Positions 48,490 to 58,709 of a stretch of DNA of 64,000 nucleotides are shown here, piece after piece (the first letter of the stretch is position 1; every line of letters begins with the position of its first letter). Under the pieces are notes generated by a model that searched no databases, was not told the DNA's origin, and was given only the letters and a program-made list of their open reading frames with translations. The position numbers and the translations under genes are program-made. Source of the stretch: Candidatus Poribacteria bacterium (GTDB lineage: Bacteria > Poribacteria > WGA-4E > PCPOR2b); contig OZ242326.1 in assembly GCA_965208325.1 (NCBI GenBank), forward strand, positions 96,001 to 160,000, written 5' to 3'.

Positions 48490-50673
48490 TTGGACAAAGA
48501 AACTGACATTGCGGCCCGAAATTCCGCCGACCATCAAATCCAATTCACGTCCGGCAGGACAATTTACGTCGAAGCGTTGCTAGGCGGTCGATGGGTGGGG
48601 CGGTATTGGAGCGCCAATGGCCGCTCCAATTGGGCGTACGAACTCTGGCAGCATGATGCCTTCCAACTAGAGATCGATCATGCCATACTTGCCGCTGGCT
48701 GGCGGTGGATTTCGGGGGTCGAAGTCGCCGTGACCGACCGCGGCGCTAGACATTTTGTGGTTGAAATTTCCAACGCCGCCCGCCCTGTCTGCGTCCGAAT
48801 GCATACTCTACTTGATGGGACGCCGGTGCTGACACGTTGGCTCGAAATTAAAAACAACGGTGACGAACCCATGGCGTTGACGAAGGTCTACCCTTGGTCA
48901 AGCCTTTTAAAGGCACACGCAGGGCATAGGCATTTTCCGCCCGATGGACTTGACGGCGCTTTCAACTTGGGTTTCTTCAGCGAGAGCGACTGGGGTTACG
49001 AAGGATGGTTCAATTGGAAGCCGCTTTCAACTGGATCCACAATCGTTGAATGCGGCAAGGGGCAAGGGTTCGACGATCCATTCTTTATCGTAAACAACCG
49101 AGCAAAGGGAGAATTCTTAATCGGTCATCTGGCTTGGCCAGCGAATTGGCGCATGGAATTCGACTGCCAGGAAGGTGTCAATGCTGACTATGAACGGCGG
49201 TGGGGGCCCTTACGGTCTTCCGCACAAGATTTTCTGAACTTCAAACTGGGTCCCTCGGCAGACGCGCCGCAGCGTATTATTGCGCCAAGGGAGACAATCG
49301 AAACGCCCGCTGTCCACCTCGGACTCGTCTCAGGAGATCTCGACGTGGCTGTTCAGGCGATGCACGACCATCTGCGTCGCTTTGTGCTCCCGTCCGTCAG
49401 TTCCGATTCGACGTGCCGCATTCAGTTCTTGGTCCCCGGCGACCAAGGTTACCTTGAACGCGGGGGTTATGCTTTCGACGAAAACACTGCTGCTGAAGCA
49501 AATGACCCGAATCAACGAATCTTCGATGAGGCGGCCGTACGCGAATGTATTGACATTGCCGAGTCAATCGGGGCGGAACTGTTCACACTTGACGCAGGAT
49601 GGTGGGACGAACAAGGGGATTGGTTCCCATCTCCTAGCCGGTTTCCCCGTGGTTTGGAGCCTCTTGTTGAATATGCCCATCAGAAGGGGCTTCGATTTGG
49701 AATGTACGGCGAGATAGAACGCGCGTACGGAAAAGGGTGTAAAATCGTAAAGGAACACCCGGACTGGATTGGACCCAGTGGAATTTTGAACCTGACACGG
49801 CCCGAGGTCGCCGAATACGTTGAGTCCGAACTCGTCCGGCTAATCGAGAGTTACGAATTGGACCTGTTCAGACTCGATTACAATCCCCTTTTCACGTACG
49901 AAGGTCCCACAACACACCGGGACGGCTTTATCGAAAACAACTATTGGCGGTATTATAGTGCTTTCTACACCATTTTTGATCGCATCCGGAAAAGATATCC
50001 CAATCTAATCTTGCAACAGTGTGCTGTCGGCGGAGCTCGTAACGATCTCGGCGTCGTCAGCCGATTTCATGAGGCTTACCTCACCGATGTGCTTTGGCTG
50101 CCCCACGTTCTTCAAAACTACAGCGGATTGACAATGGGGCTGCCGCCGGAAATCATCGTTACGGCGTTCGGCGCCTGCCGAGAGGGAATCGGGTATCCTG
50201 AGAATTTCGATACCTTGCTGCGTTGTATCTTTACGCTCGGCACACCCTTGATTTTTGCCGGGATGGTCGGGCCAAGTCGAGAAGGATTGACCCGCGAACG
50301 CCGCAGCGATTTCCTACGGTACGCGAAGCTCTATCGGGAATTTATTCGTCCGGTGTTGCCCATGTGCAAAATGTACCATCACGCGCCCGTTTCCGCTCGC
50401 GGCGGCGTGACTTCAAGCGGTTGGTTTGCCGTGGAATATGCGTCCACAGACCGTTCAAAAGCTTGGGCGACAATTGCCAAGATTGGTAAGTGCGAATCCG
50501 ACACATACCTATTTATTCCCAAGGGATTGCATCGGGGAAAGACCTACACAGTCACGTACGATAGCACTGGCGAATCAGCTACAGCCGACGGATTGCGTTT
50601 AGTTCAGGACGGCATACCGATTCGGCTGGAATCCATCGCTTCCTCCGAACTACTGATATTTGTAGAACAGTAA
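48490..50673 (+). CDS. Alpha-galactosidase-like glycoside hydrolase (GH36)
   Basis: ELFTLDAGW, GDW.P...RFPRGL, GLRFGMY.E.ER, RLDYN, C..GGAR.D; TTG start after AGGAG. Confidence 0.82.
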   Translation: MDKETDIAARNSADHQIQFTSGRTIYVEALLGGRWVGRYWSANGRSNWAYELWQHDAFQLEIDHAILAAGWRWISGVEVAVTDRGARHFVVEISNAARPVCVRMHTLLDGTPVLTRWLEIKNNGDEPMALTKVYPWSSLLKAHAGHRHFPPDGLDGAFNLGFFSESDWGYEGWFNWKPLSTGSTIVECGKGQGFDDPFFIVNNRAKGEFLIGHLAWPANWRMEFDCQEGVNADYERRWGPLRSSAQDFLNFKLGPSADAPQRIIAPRETIETPAVHLGLVSGDLDVAVQAMHDHLRRFVLPSVSSDSTCRIQFLVPGDQGYLERGGYAFDENTAAEANDPNQRIFDEAAVRECIDIAESIGAELFTLDAGWWDEQGDWFPSPSRFPRGLEPLVEYAHQKGLRFGMYGEIERAYGKGCKIVKEHPDWIGPSGILNLTRPEVAEYVESELVRLIESYELDLFRLDYNPLFTYEGPTTHRDGFIENNYWRYYSAFYTIFDRIRKRYPNLILQQCAVGGARNDLGVVSRFHEAYLTDVLWLPHVLQNYSGLTMGLPPEIIVTAFGACREGIGYPENFDTLLRCIFTLGTPLIFAGMVGPSREGLTRERRSDFLRYAKLYREFIRPVLPMCKMYHHAPVSARGGVTSSGWFAVEYASTDRSKAWATIAKIGKCESDTYLFIPKGLHRGKTYTVTYDSTGESATADGLRLVQDGIPIRLESIASSELLIFVEQ

Positions 50674-50712
50674 CACCCTGAAAATCCATACCCATACATG
50701 CGGGAACCACTT

Positions 50713-50906
50713 CAATCTTCCCCCGTCCGAGAGGAGTTAGAACTGAAACAATCCAATTCTCTCCTCGTCTGAGGGGAGTTAAATTTGAAACAATCCGATT
50801 CCTTCCCCTCTCTAGGGGACATAGAACGTAAACAATCAATTGGTTCCCCTTACTAAGGGGCATTCGATTCATTTCCTCCCCCTTTCTAAGGGGGAGCGAG
50901 AGGGGG
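50713..50906. repeat. Degenerate tandem array of five REP-like palindromic units
   Basis: CAATC-led units at 50713, 50749, 50791, 50833 and about 50865, each with a CCCC/CTCC-N-GGGG/GGAG hairpin (e.g. CCCCTTACTAAGGGG, CTCCCCCTTTCTAAGGGGGAG). Confidence 0.75.
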
Positions 50907-50919
50907 TAATGAACAGACA

Positions 50920-51915
50920 ATGAAAAACCAAACAACAAACAATCTGCCCCAACCCACGACCAATCTGCGAATTGCAAAGTCACATCTTGATGAATTCGGC
51001 TATTGCCTTGTAGCTGATGCGCTCAGCGATGATGCCGTGGCGCGTTTGCGAACCCGACTTGAAGAGCAAGCAATCGCCGAAAAACAGCGCGGATTTGCTT
51101 TTGAAGACGGAGGTGCAACGCAGAACTGGGGCGACTTTCGAAAGCCGGACGGCAGTCTCAGGCCCGAAGCCTTTACCGAGGAACATGGAGGGCGCAACCA
51201 ACGCATCTGGATGTTAATCAACAAAGGGGTGGTCTTCCACCATCTGTTATTCCACGAGCGTATCCGCGAATTGATTTCTTATCGGCTGGGCGACGAATTC
51301 CTGTTATCAAGCCATACCGCAAATATTGCCAAACCGGGCGGCGTCGCCATGGATTTGCACACCGATCAGTGGTGGATGCCGGCGCCAACACGTCGAGACC
51401 GGTCCCCGTTGCCGCCGGGTTCAATTAACCGTCGCCGCTTCGACGTGGATAAAGCATGGCCTCCCGCGATGATCGCCCCAGCCGTCGTCGTGAACGTCTT
51501 GTGGATGTTAAGCGGTTTCACTGCAGAAAACGGGGGAACGCGGGTGGTGCCGCGGAGCCATCTTATCGGGCGGCAACCGGACGCCGATCGGGACACGGAC
51601 GTTGAAGCCGTAGCCGCTGAAGGACGCGCCGGAACCGCTTTGGTGCTGGATGGACGTACTTGGCACGGTACCGGCGCTAATGTGACCGATGCCCCAAGGT
51701 GGGCAGTAATTTCGACGTTCTGCGGTCCGCAGTTCCGTCCACAGGAGAATTTTACCGTCGGTACATCATCTGAGGTGCTGAAACAGGCGTCCCCGGAGCT
51801 ATTAGCACTCCTGGGTTTTAAAGTATGGAATGCCTACGGCCGCATCGAAAGCCCCGCTGTCGAATTCATTTCCCCAAGCGAAACCTCACTCGGCGAAATG
51901 CAGCCCGAGCCATAA
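50920..51915 (+). CDS. PhyH family Fe(II)/2OG dioxygenase
   Basis: LDEFGYC, LHTDQ, FTAENGGTRVVPRSH, WHGTG, RPQEN. Confidence 0.9.
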   Translation: MKNQTTNNLPQPTTNLRIAKSHLDEFGYCLVADALSDDAVARLRTRLEEQAIAEKQRGFAFEDGGATQNWGDFRKPDGSLRPEAFTEEHGGRNQRIWMLINKGVVFHHLLFHERIRELISYRLGDEFLLSSHTANIAKPGGVAMDLHTDQWWMPAPTRRDRSPLPPGSINRRRFDVDKAWPPAMIAPAVVVNVLWMLSGFTAENGGTRVVPRSHLIGRQPDADRDTDVEAVAAEGRAGTALVLDGRTWHGTGANVTDAPRWAVISTFCGPQFRPQENFTVGTSSEVLKQASPELLALLGFKVWNAYGRIESPAVEFISPSETSLGEMQPEP

Positions 51916-52400
51916 TGCGGTGCCGCACCTATATCATTTCGTTGGATAGACTTACCATCTACTCCTCCGGCATTAACGCCATGGAAAGACGCTCCAAAAC
52001 CGCCAGGCGACAATCAAACTATCCATTGATGGACAAATTTAACTGGTTGCAAATCTTAATCACTAAATCCGCATTGTTGCCAGAACCATCGCTCCCGTCG
52101 AGATTGCGCACGTGTACGAGCAAGCTCAATGGTGAGCTACGCATCAGCCGATACGCCGGTGTTTGCTGCCTTGAAAATGACGATAATTATTTGGTATACT
52201 AGCTGTACGGCGCACGTCCGTAAGGTAGCAACCGCGTGGCTTGGATTAGGTGTTTTGCTCTTCTTATTTGGAGCGAATTAGCGGAGTTTTCCGGCAAATT
52301 CGAAAACCGTTGTCGCCCCAAAAGTTGAAAATTTCACGCGCATACCCGTCACCAAATCGCCATCGCTGGATTTTATAACGAATTCGAACGTTCAGAGTAG

Positions 52401-53483
52401 ATGATGTCCCCCAAAGAAATCGCGCAGTTTCGCAATAAGCTAGTGGCGTGGTTCGATGCACATCACCGTAAGCTGCCTTGGCGTGACACCCAAAATCCAT
52501 ACCATATCTGGGTCTCTGAGGTAATGCTTCAGCAAACTCAGGTCAAAAAGGTGTTGCACTATTACCGGAAATTTCTCGACAAATTTCCTGATGTGCATTG
52601 CTTGGCTGAAGCAGACCTACAAGACGTATTGAAAACCTGGGAAGGCCTAGGCTACTACGCCAGAGCGCGAAATCTGCACAAAGCCGCCAAAGTGATAGTG
52701 TCGAATTTAGGCGGCAAAATACCGGCGGATTACGCAATTTTCCGGAATTTGCCTGGTGTCGGCGACTATATTGCCGCGGCAGTACAGAGTATCGCGTTTC
52801 ATGCGCCTTACGCAGTTGTGGATGGCAACGTAAAACGAGTAGTGGCGCGGTTGTTTCTCATTAATTCGCCTATTAACGCGTCGTCCTCTAGTAAGACTTT
52901 TCAAAACATGGCGGACATGTTGTTGGATCGAGATTCGCCGGGCGCATTTAATCAATCAATGATGGAATTGGGTGCAACGGTTTGCCGCCCAAAATCTCCG
53001 CTTTGCGTAGTTTGTCCCGTAAAATCCGTATGTTGTGCTTTTCAATCTGCGCGGCAGCAAGAATTTCCCATCCGCCTAAAACCCAAACCGATTCCGGAAT
53101 ATCGCCTTGCAGTAGGTGTTGTCCGCAGAAATAACCGCGTTCTCATCACTCAACGCAAATTTGATGGATTACTTGGCGGTTTGTGGGAATTCCCCGGTGA
53201 TAAAATCAGAGCGCAGGAAACGCCCGAAGAGGCTTGTATCCGGCAAATTAAAGAACATGTCAATCTCGCCGTTGAGGTAACCGAATACCTCACCCGTATC
53301 AAGCACGCTTTCACGCATTTCAAAATTGTCGCAGATGTCTTTTGCTGCCGTTACCAATCCGGCGAAGTCGCCTTAAACGGGCCGGTCGATCATCGCTGGA
53401 TTACGGTTGACGAAATCGATCAATTCCCATTTCCACGCGCCCATCAGCAAATCATTCCTAGTGTTAAGGGAAATTCGGCTTAA
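52401..53483 (+). CDS. mutY: A/G-specific adenine glycosylase with C-terminal NUDIX-like domain
   Basis: LPWR, WVSEVMLQQTQV, WEGLGYYARARNL, LPGVG.Y, VDGNV.RV, C..K.P.C..CP...C, GLWEFP. Confidence 0.96.
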   Translation: MMSPKEIAQFRNKLVAWFDAHHRKLPWRDTQNPYHIWVSEVMLQQTQVKKVLHYYRKFLDKFPDVHCLAEADLQDVLKTWEGLGYYARARNLHKAAKVIVSNLGGKIPADYAIFRNLPGVGDYIAAAVQSIAFHAPYAVVDGNVKRVVARLFLINSPINASSSSKTFQNMADMLLDRDSPGAFNQSMMELGATVCRPKSPLCVVCPVKSVCCAFQSARQQEFPIRLKPKPIPEYRLAVGVVRRNNRVLITQRKFDGLLGGLWEFPGDKIRAQETPEEACIRQIKEHVNLAVEVTEYLTRIKHAFTHFKIVADVFCCRYQSGEVALNGPVDHRWITVDEIDQFPFPRAHQQIIPSVKGNSA

Positions 53484-53693
53484 ACGCTGCCGGTGATAAT
53501 TACCCGGCGAGTTGATGAAATACCGCTGAATTCAGATAACAGTTGAGTCGGCGCTCTGTGTTTATGCCATTTCAGGTTTTGCCGGTAATAAGAGTAATAG
53601 CCGCCGAGTGCAGCGTTGCAACGATGCAACTTTCAGCACAAGTTTGGGTATAACACAGTGATTACCAAATGACGCTGTACGAGGAGACACATA

Positions 53694-54236
53694 ATGATAG
53701 ATAGAATCTTGAACCCCACCCTACTGCTGATTTCATTCTCGTTAATCGGTTTCCATCTCGCCTGCAAGCAGGCGCAAGAAAGCGCAACCCTATCGGGAAA
53801 TAACGCGGAATTACAAGAACAGAAAGAGGTAATTATGTCGGAGAAAGACGAAAAAACAGAAGAACAGTGGCGGCATTTGCTGACCCCCGAACAATTTCAC
53901 GTGACTCGGAGAAAGGGAACCGAAAGGGCTTTCACTGGTGAATATCACGACTTTAAGGGAAAAGGCGTGTACAAGTGCATCTGTTGCGGAAGCGAACTCT
54001 TCAGTTCTGAAACAAAGTATGACTCTGGAACCGGATGGCCCAGCTTCTGGCAGCCGATTTCGGCGGATAAAATTAGTACGGAAACTGATAACAGTTTCTT
54101 TATGACGCGTACTGAAGTATTGTGCAGTAAATGTGATGCACATCTCGGTCACGTTTTTGAAGATGGGCCGCCGCCGACCGGACTTCGTTACTGCATTAAT
54201 TCTGTCGCGCTTAATTTTTCGGAGAAGCGCGAGTAG
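53694..54236 (+). CDS. msrB: Peptide methionine sulfoxide reductase MsrB with lipoprotein-like N-terminus
   Basis: [38 protein letters not shown]. Confidence 0.95.
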   Translation: MIDRILNPTLLLISFSLIGFHLACKQAQESATLSGNNAELQEQKEVIMSEKDEKTEEQWRHLLTPEQFHVTRRKGTERAFTGEYHDFKGKGVYKCICCGSELFSSETKYDSGTGWPSFWQPISADKISTETDNSFFMTRTEVLCSKCDAHLGHVFEDGPPPTGLRYCINSVALNFSEKRE

Positions 54237-54377
54237 ATTTTGAAGACGAAATTTTCATGGCTAAACCTCAAAAAGCGAGTTGAACGGTTCACCCGCACAG
54301 ATGAACGGTGCTTGCTTTGATTGGGGGCACTGCCCTTGCTTTCTTTCTCTATACAGGATTCAAAGATTAGAATTGGG

Positions 54378-54406
54378 TTGACAACGGCAAAATTCTTCAG
54401 TAGAAT
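54378..54406 (+). promoter_or_regulatory. sigma70-type promoter
   Basis: TTGACA-17 bp-TAGAAT. Confidence 0.65.
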
Positions 54407-54481
54407 TAGCAAAATTAGTGTTCCCCCAGTGGGGATACATATTCCGATATTGAAGATTCAGAAGAGTTAGCGAGGTAAACT

Positions 54482-54841
54482 ATGGCGAATGAAAATACTC
54501 AACAAAACGGCGATGGAGCGGTTGAAGCACAAAGTGGTGTCCTAATCAGTACAATCCAGGTGCAGTCTATCGATGTCCCGGCAAAATTCTCCAGAGAAAA
54601 AACATCAGATGGGTGGCAGATCAGCCTTCATGATGCTTGCAAGGTCGTAATTAATCTCACAACGAGCATGCGAAAAATTGAAATTAATTTAATCGAGGGC
54701 GATAGAATTGAAAAAGACGGGTCAGATATACTCGTAATTCGAAATCATCCCGCTGATGTTTACAGATCACACAGCCAGCCATCGCCGCTCGCTCGAAGTC
54801 GTGATGAGTTATTGCAGCAGGGCGAACCCGCGAAGGTGTAG
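54482..54841 (+). CDS. Hypothetical protein
   Basis: GAGG RBS, ATG and upstream promoter; no recognisable family. Confidence 0.65.
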   Translation: MANENTQQNGDGAVEAQSGVLISTIQVQSIDVPAKFSREKTSDGWQISLHDACKVVINLTTSMRKIEINLIEGDRIEKDGSDILVIRNHPADVYRSHSQPSPLARSRDELLQQGEPAKV

Positions 54842-55028
54842 ATGAGATAACTGTAGATTAAAGGGCAGCCACAACTCGACCCCCACGAGGACGACTGGAG
54901 TCAAGAGAGAATCGGCGGCATTCCGCACACGACGATGCGGATAGCGTAGCGTCATCAATTCCGAGTGCGGTGCATTTACCGAAGCAGCATTACATGACCC
55001 CGTTTTTTTGGCAGTGGAGCGGACTGGC

Positions 55029-55556
55029 GTGAGATTAGAAAATTCAACTTCAACACTTGATAGAATCCACAATATAGTGTTCAGCTTGCGCGGGGCAATG
55101 GCTCCAGCCCAGATTATATTTAGCCCCGAAACATACCAAGAAATCATAAATCAGCAGGTTGTTCGACAAGCAATCAATGCTGAATCAGATGTCAGGCAAA
55201 TGCTGGAGCGTCATTTTTCGACGCCAATCGCAATTCGGGAAGAGAATTCCGATGTGATTATTACTAAGGAACTCTATCCAAACCCTTGCCCGATTTGTGG
55301 GTGTCGCATTCCGTTCCTGCGGGAACTCATTGAACGCATCGAATCACAGCCTACCAGAAGGATTCGGTGCCCGAGAGGACATCGCTTCGAGGGAGAGATT
55401 AAAACCTACTACCTTAACATTCGGCACGACCCCAATCCCCTAAAATCAAAAGCCCGCCCGACCTGCCCTCAATGTGGAAGTCAAAATTTACAAAAACTTA
55501 GCCAAACCGATTTTTTCTGCCTCGATTGTGAATGGGATAACCTCCTACAAATTTAG
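55029..55556 (+). CDS. Hypothetical double zinc-ribbon protein
   Basis: CPIC...CPRGH and CPQC...CLDC; GTG 55029 after GGAG (start uncertain). Confidence 0.65.
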   Translation: MRLENSTSTLDRIHNIVFSLRGAMAPAQIIFSPETYQEIINQQVVRQAINAESDVRQMLERHFSTPIAIREENSDVIITKELYPNPCPICGCRIPFLRELIERIESQPTRRIRCPRGHRFEGEIKTYYLNIRHDPNPLKSKARPTCPQCGSQNLQKLSQTDFFCLDCEWDNLLQI

Positions 55557-55725
55557 TCGTCAGGCGGGCAGATACGGTAGAGTGCTATCCTTGCCCACAA
55601 TTGTATTATAACTGTATACCGCTTGGTTTTGATTGGGCAGTAAGAGAATCCAGCCGCACCAAGCTGACGATCCCGCTGGAAAGATGTCTTATGTAATTTA
55701 AAATAACCTGGCAAAACGAGAAAAG

Positions 55726-57339
55726 ATGAAAAAAATCCGCGTTGCGGCATTCAGTGAATTACAGGATCGCCATCCCGCTCACGCATTGGTCGGAAACGTA
55801 GACCTGGTGATTATTAGATACGACGATGATATTTCGGTGTTGTACGGGCGATGTCTTCACCGCGGTGCCCTGCTCGCAGACGGACATATTGATGGAAAAA
55901 ACCTAATATGCGGGCTGCACAATTGGGATTACCGCTACGATACGGGTATCAGCGAATATCACAATGAGGAGCAGTTGGAGAAATTCACGACGTGGATTGA
56001 GGACGATGCTGTATTCGTGGATGAAGAGGAAATCATTGCTTGGGAGAAGAAGAATCCTGAACCGTACATACGTGACGAATATCAAGGAGCATACCAAGAT
56101 ATACACGGCACATCTGAAGAACCCTATGTGGGCTACATTCGCCATCTAGCCAGTTATGGGCTAAGCAAGGTCGGAGATCACGGCCGTATGGACGCGATGG
56201 GTGTGCCAAGGGGCCAACTTCCTAGCTGGGACGATCTACAATTTGTCACCGCTCAATTACAAAAATTCCCGCAGCTAGATGATGTTCCGGTTGGAACGGA
56301 ATTGACCATCGGCCGAAACGCCAAAAAGCCGCTCTACCTTGACATACCCGTTTTTGTTTCCGACATGAGTTTTGGCGCTTTGTCCGCGGAAGCAACGATT
56401 GCCTTAGCTCGAGGCGCCGAAATGTCCGGGACGGGAATATGTTCTGGTGAGGGCGGAATGCTGCCGGAAGAGCAGGCCGAAAACAGCCGTTACTTTTACG
56501 AGCTGGCTTCCGCGCGCTTCGGCTTCTCCTTCGACAAACTAAACCTAGTTCAAGCCTTTCACTTTAAAGGGGGGCAAGGCGCAAAATCCGGCACCGGCGG
56601 CCATCTCCCGGCGGAAAAAGTGGAAGGAAGAATTGCCGAGGTGCGGGGTTTAATAGCGGGACAGCCGGCCGTGTCACCGGCTCGATTTATTGATTGGAAC
56701 AGCTTGGAGGACTTCAAAGCATTTGCGGGCGAGGTACGTAAACTGACCGGAGGCATTCCGATCGGGTTTAAGTTATCCGCACAGCACATTGAAGAGGACA
56801 TCAATTGCGCCCTTCAAATCCCGGTTGACTACATCATTCTTGACGGGCGCGGAGGAGGTACGGGGGCAGCACCACTAATTTTCAGGGACAACATTTCAGT
56901 ACCAACTATGCCAGCCATTGCGCGTGCGCGAAAATACTTGGACGAAACTGGGAATAGCAATGTTACCTTGATTGCCGCCGGTGGCTTGCGGAGTCCTGCT
57001 GATTTCGCAAAAGCGTTAGCCCTCGGCGCTGACGGTGTAGCAATTGCCAACTCCGCGATGCAGGCAATCGGATGTGTCGGAATGCGCGCGTGCCATACCA
57101 ACAATTGCCCGGTAGGGATCGCAACGCAAAAGGAAAACCTCCGTGCTCGGCTGATTGTGGATCAGGCGGCGCGCCGACTAAACCGCTTTCTCGGCGCCTC
57201 AACTGAATTGATGCAGGCGCTTGCTCGCGCTTGTGGGCACACGCATCTGAATCAACTGTGTGCCGCCGATTTAACCACCTGGAAACGCGATGTTGCTTAC
57301 TTGACCGGCGTTAAATACGCGGGAATTGTCCCGTTATAG
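55726..57339 (+). CDS. Rieske [2Fe-2S] domain + FMN-binding glutamate synthase-family protein
   Basis: CLH...CGLH Rieske ligands; SDMSFGALS, SGEGG, GQGAK.G.GG.LP, DGRGGGTGAAP, CVGMRACHTNNCP. Confidence 0.92.
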   Translation: MKKIRVAAFSELQDRHPAHALVGNVDLVIIRYDDDISVLYGRCLHRGALLADGHIDGKNLICGLHNWDYRYDTGISEYHNEEQLEKFTTWIEDDAVFVDEEEIIAWEKKNPEPYIRDEYQGAYQDIHGTSEEPYVGYIRHLASYGLSKVGDHGRMDAMGVPRGQLPSWDDLQFVTAQLQKFPQLDDVPVGTELTIGRNAKKPLYLDIPVFVSDMSFGALSAEATIALARGAEMSGTGICSGEGGMLPEEQAENSRYFYELASARFGFSFDKLNLVQAFHFKGGQGAKSGTGGHLPAEKVEGRIAEVRGLIAGQPAVSPARFIDWNSLEDFKAFAGEVRKLTGGIPIGFKLSAQHIEEDINCALQIPVDYIILDGRGGGTGAAPLIFRDNISVPTMPAIARARKYLDETGNSNVTLIAAGGLRSPADFAKALALGADGVAIANSAMQAIGCVGMRACHTNNCPVGIATQKENLRARLIVDQAARRLNRFLGASTELMQALARACGHTHLNQLCAADLTTWKRDVAYLTGVKYAGIVPL

Positions 57340-57492
57340 GCTAACGCTAACCCCACCTTTATTAACTTGCGGCGGTTAACCCGCTGCTGCCCGTGATCAA
57401 GGAATCTCTAGACGGATTTATGTTAGACGTACTATCCAAACCATAGCGCATTTTTTCAATATTCCAATCTCGGTTGCGTTCTTTTGTACTTT

Positions 57493-58521
57493 TCACCCAT
57501 CTACCAGCGACCCACCCTGGTGCAATAATCTCCGGCGTGTGATTAGCGGCTGAACTTGCGCTATCCACTCGCCAAGTCTTATTAACTTTTGCTGGAAATC
57601 CTCTCTGGACAAAAAGCCGAGTCGGTCCATGAATCGCTTACAGTGTGAATAATGTTTTGAAGAATCGAACGCATGGTTGTCGGAGAGAATCGAATGCATT
57701 GCGCTCATCAAGGTCAGAATTGGCCAAATCGCCTCTCGATAATAACCTTCGGCTAACATCTGCCGTATCCCGTGCTCCCAATATGCACGTTTGTCCAGAG
57801 AAATATGGAAGTGAGGTACATCGCTAAAGGAGTTGACGTAAGTAATACTGTCAAGCGCAGCGATCAAAAACGTCTCGACTTCCGTTTCACCGACACTCTC
57901 CGCGCCTAGCGTTTCCAACCCTGCCGGATACAGTTCAGGGGCGTCTAGGCGAGCACCCACATCTTTCAATTCAACCATTAATCTGCGGTGATTCGGGACT
58001 TCGTTCAACATCAGGGCTGGTGTTTCGCCTGTCCAGAAAATTGCGCAGCGCACATCCCAAAGGGAAGCCTGTTCTCCTGACTCAAAACTGCTGCGAATTC
58101 TGTCGTACAGCAACTTGGCGGCATCCAGCAGACGCTGGCTTCGCTCGATTTGGTATGAAGGGCGATCGTAAACTGAAAGAATATCCGCTCTAACTTGACC
58201 CAACCAGCCAGTCGGATCGTAGACAATGATTCCCTTTGCGAGTTCTAATGCAAGAAATGAAGCGTTTAATAGCGTATTCCTGTCGTCGAAACGCCGCTTG
58301 GGAAAAAATGTCCATTCGAGCGGGACACCTTGCTTCATCTCAAAAAACCCGGATTCCAGCCCGTCCGATTTAATGACAACGCGCAAATCGACATCAGTAT
58401 AATCAGGTGGTGATTCCTTTACGATTGAACCGCACGCAAATGCACTGATTACGTCTCCACGTTCCCGTGCGAGTCGGGTAGACTGTTCCGCCGCTACTTC
58501 TAAACAGAATTCCCGGTTCAT
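57493..58521 (-). CDS. Pol-beta-superfamily nucleotidyltransferase domain protein
   Basis: GS-x9-DVD (CGSIVKESPPDYTDVDL), IVYDPTGWL, helical C-terminal domain. Confidence 0.7.
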   Translation of the reverse strand: MNREFCLEVAAEQSTRLARERGDVISAFACGSIVKESPPDYTDVDLRVVIKSDGLESGFFEMKQGVPLEWTFFPKRRFDDRNTLLNASFLALELAKGIIVYDPTGWLGQVRADILSVYDRPSYQIERSQRLLDAAKLLYDRIRSSFESGEQASLWDVRCAIFWTGETPALMLNEVPNHRRLMVELKDVGARLDAPELYPAGLETLGAESVGETEVETFLIAALDSITYVNSFSDVPHFHISLDKRAYWEHGIRQMLAEGYYREAIWPILTLMSAMHSILSDNHAFDSSKHYSHCKRFMDRLGFLSREDFQQKLIRLGEWIAQVQPLITRRRLLHQGGSLVDG

Positions 58522-58709
58522 TGTCGATTATCCCCCAAGAAGGCAACATCAATGGCTGCACAGCATCTATTTCTACCATTACGGAAGAGACAGGTTATTA
58601 CAAAATTGCGGTCAAGTATGCTGTAAACTGACGGCATTGCCGCCATGCCGCCTCAACTCGAATTTCACGGGAAATTCGACGTAGTTGAAGATTCTGGCGC
58701 ACTTCCTTC

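Noticed and set aside
50713..50906. CRISPR array (some units end in GAAAC)
   Set aside because: Units abut with no unique spacers, are highly divergent, and no cas genes are present.
50579..50983. Minus-strand 134-aa ORF with PLxKG repeats as a real gene
   Set aside because: Overlaps both flanking + strand genes, and the repeats follow directly from the DNA palindromes. Kept only as a caveat in the repeat finding.
51916..52400. Small ORFs or gene remnants between PhyH and mutY
   Set aside because: Frames are short or interrupted and show no recognisable motif.
54842..55028. Stop-codon read-through extending either hypothetical gene
   Set aside because: Three mixed stops follow the first gene, and the TGA upstream of the second has no redox-motif context.
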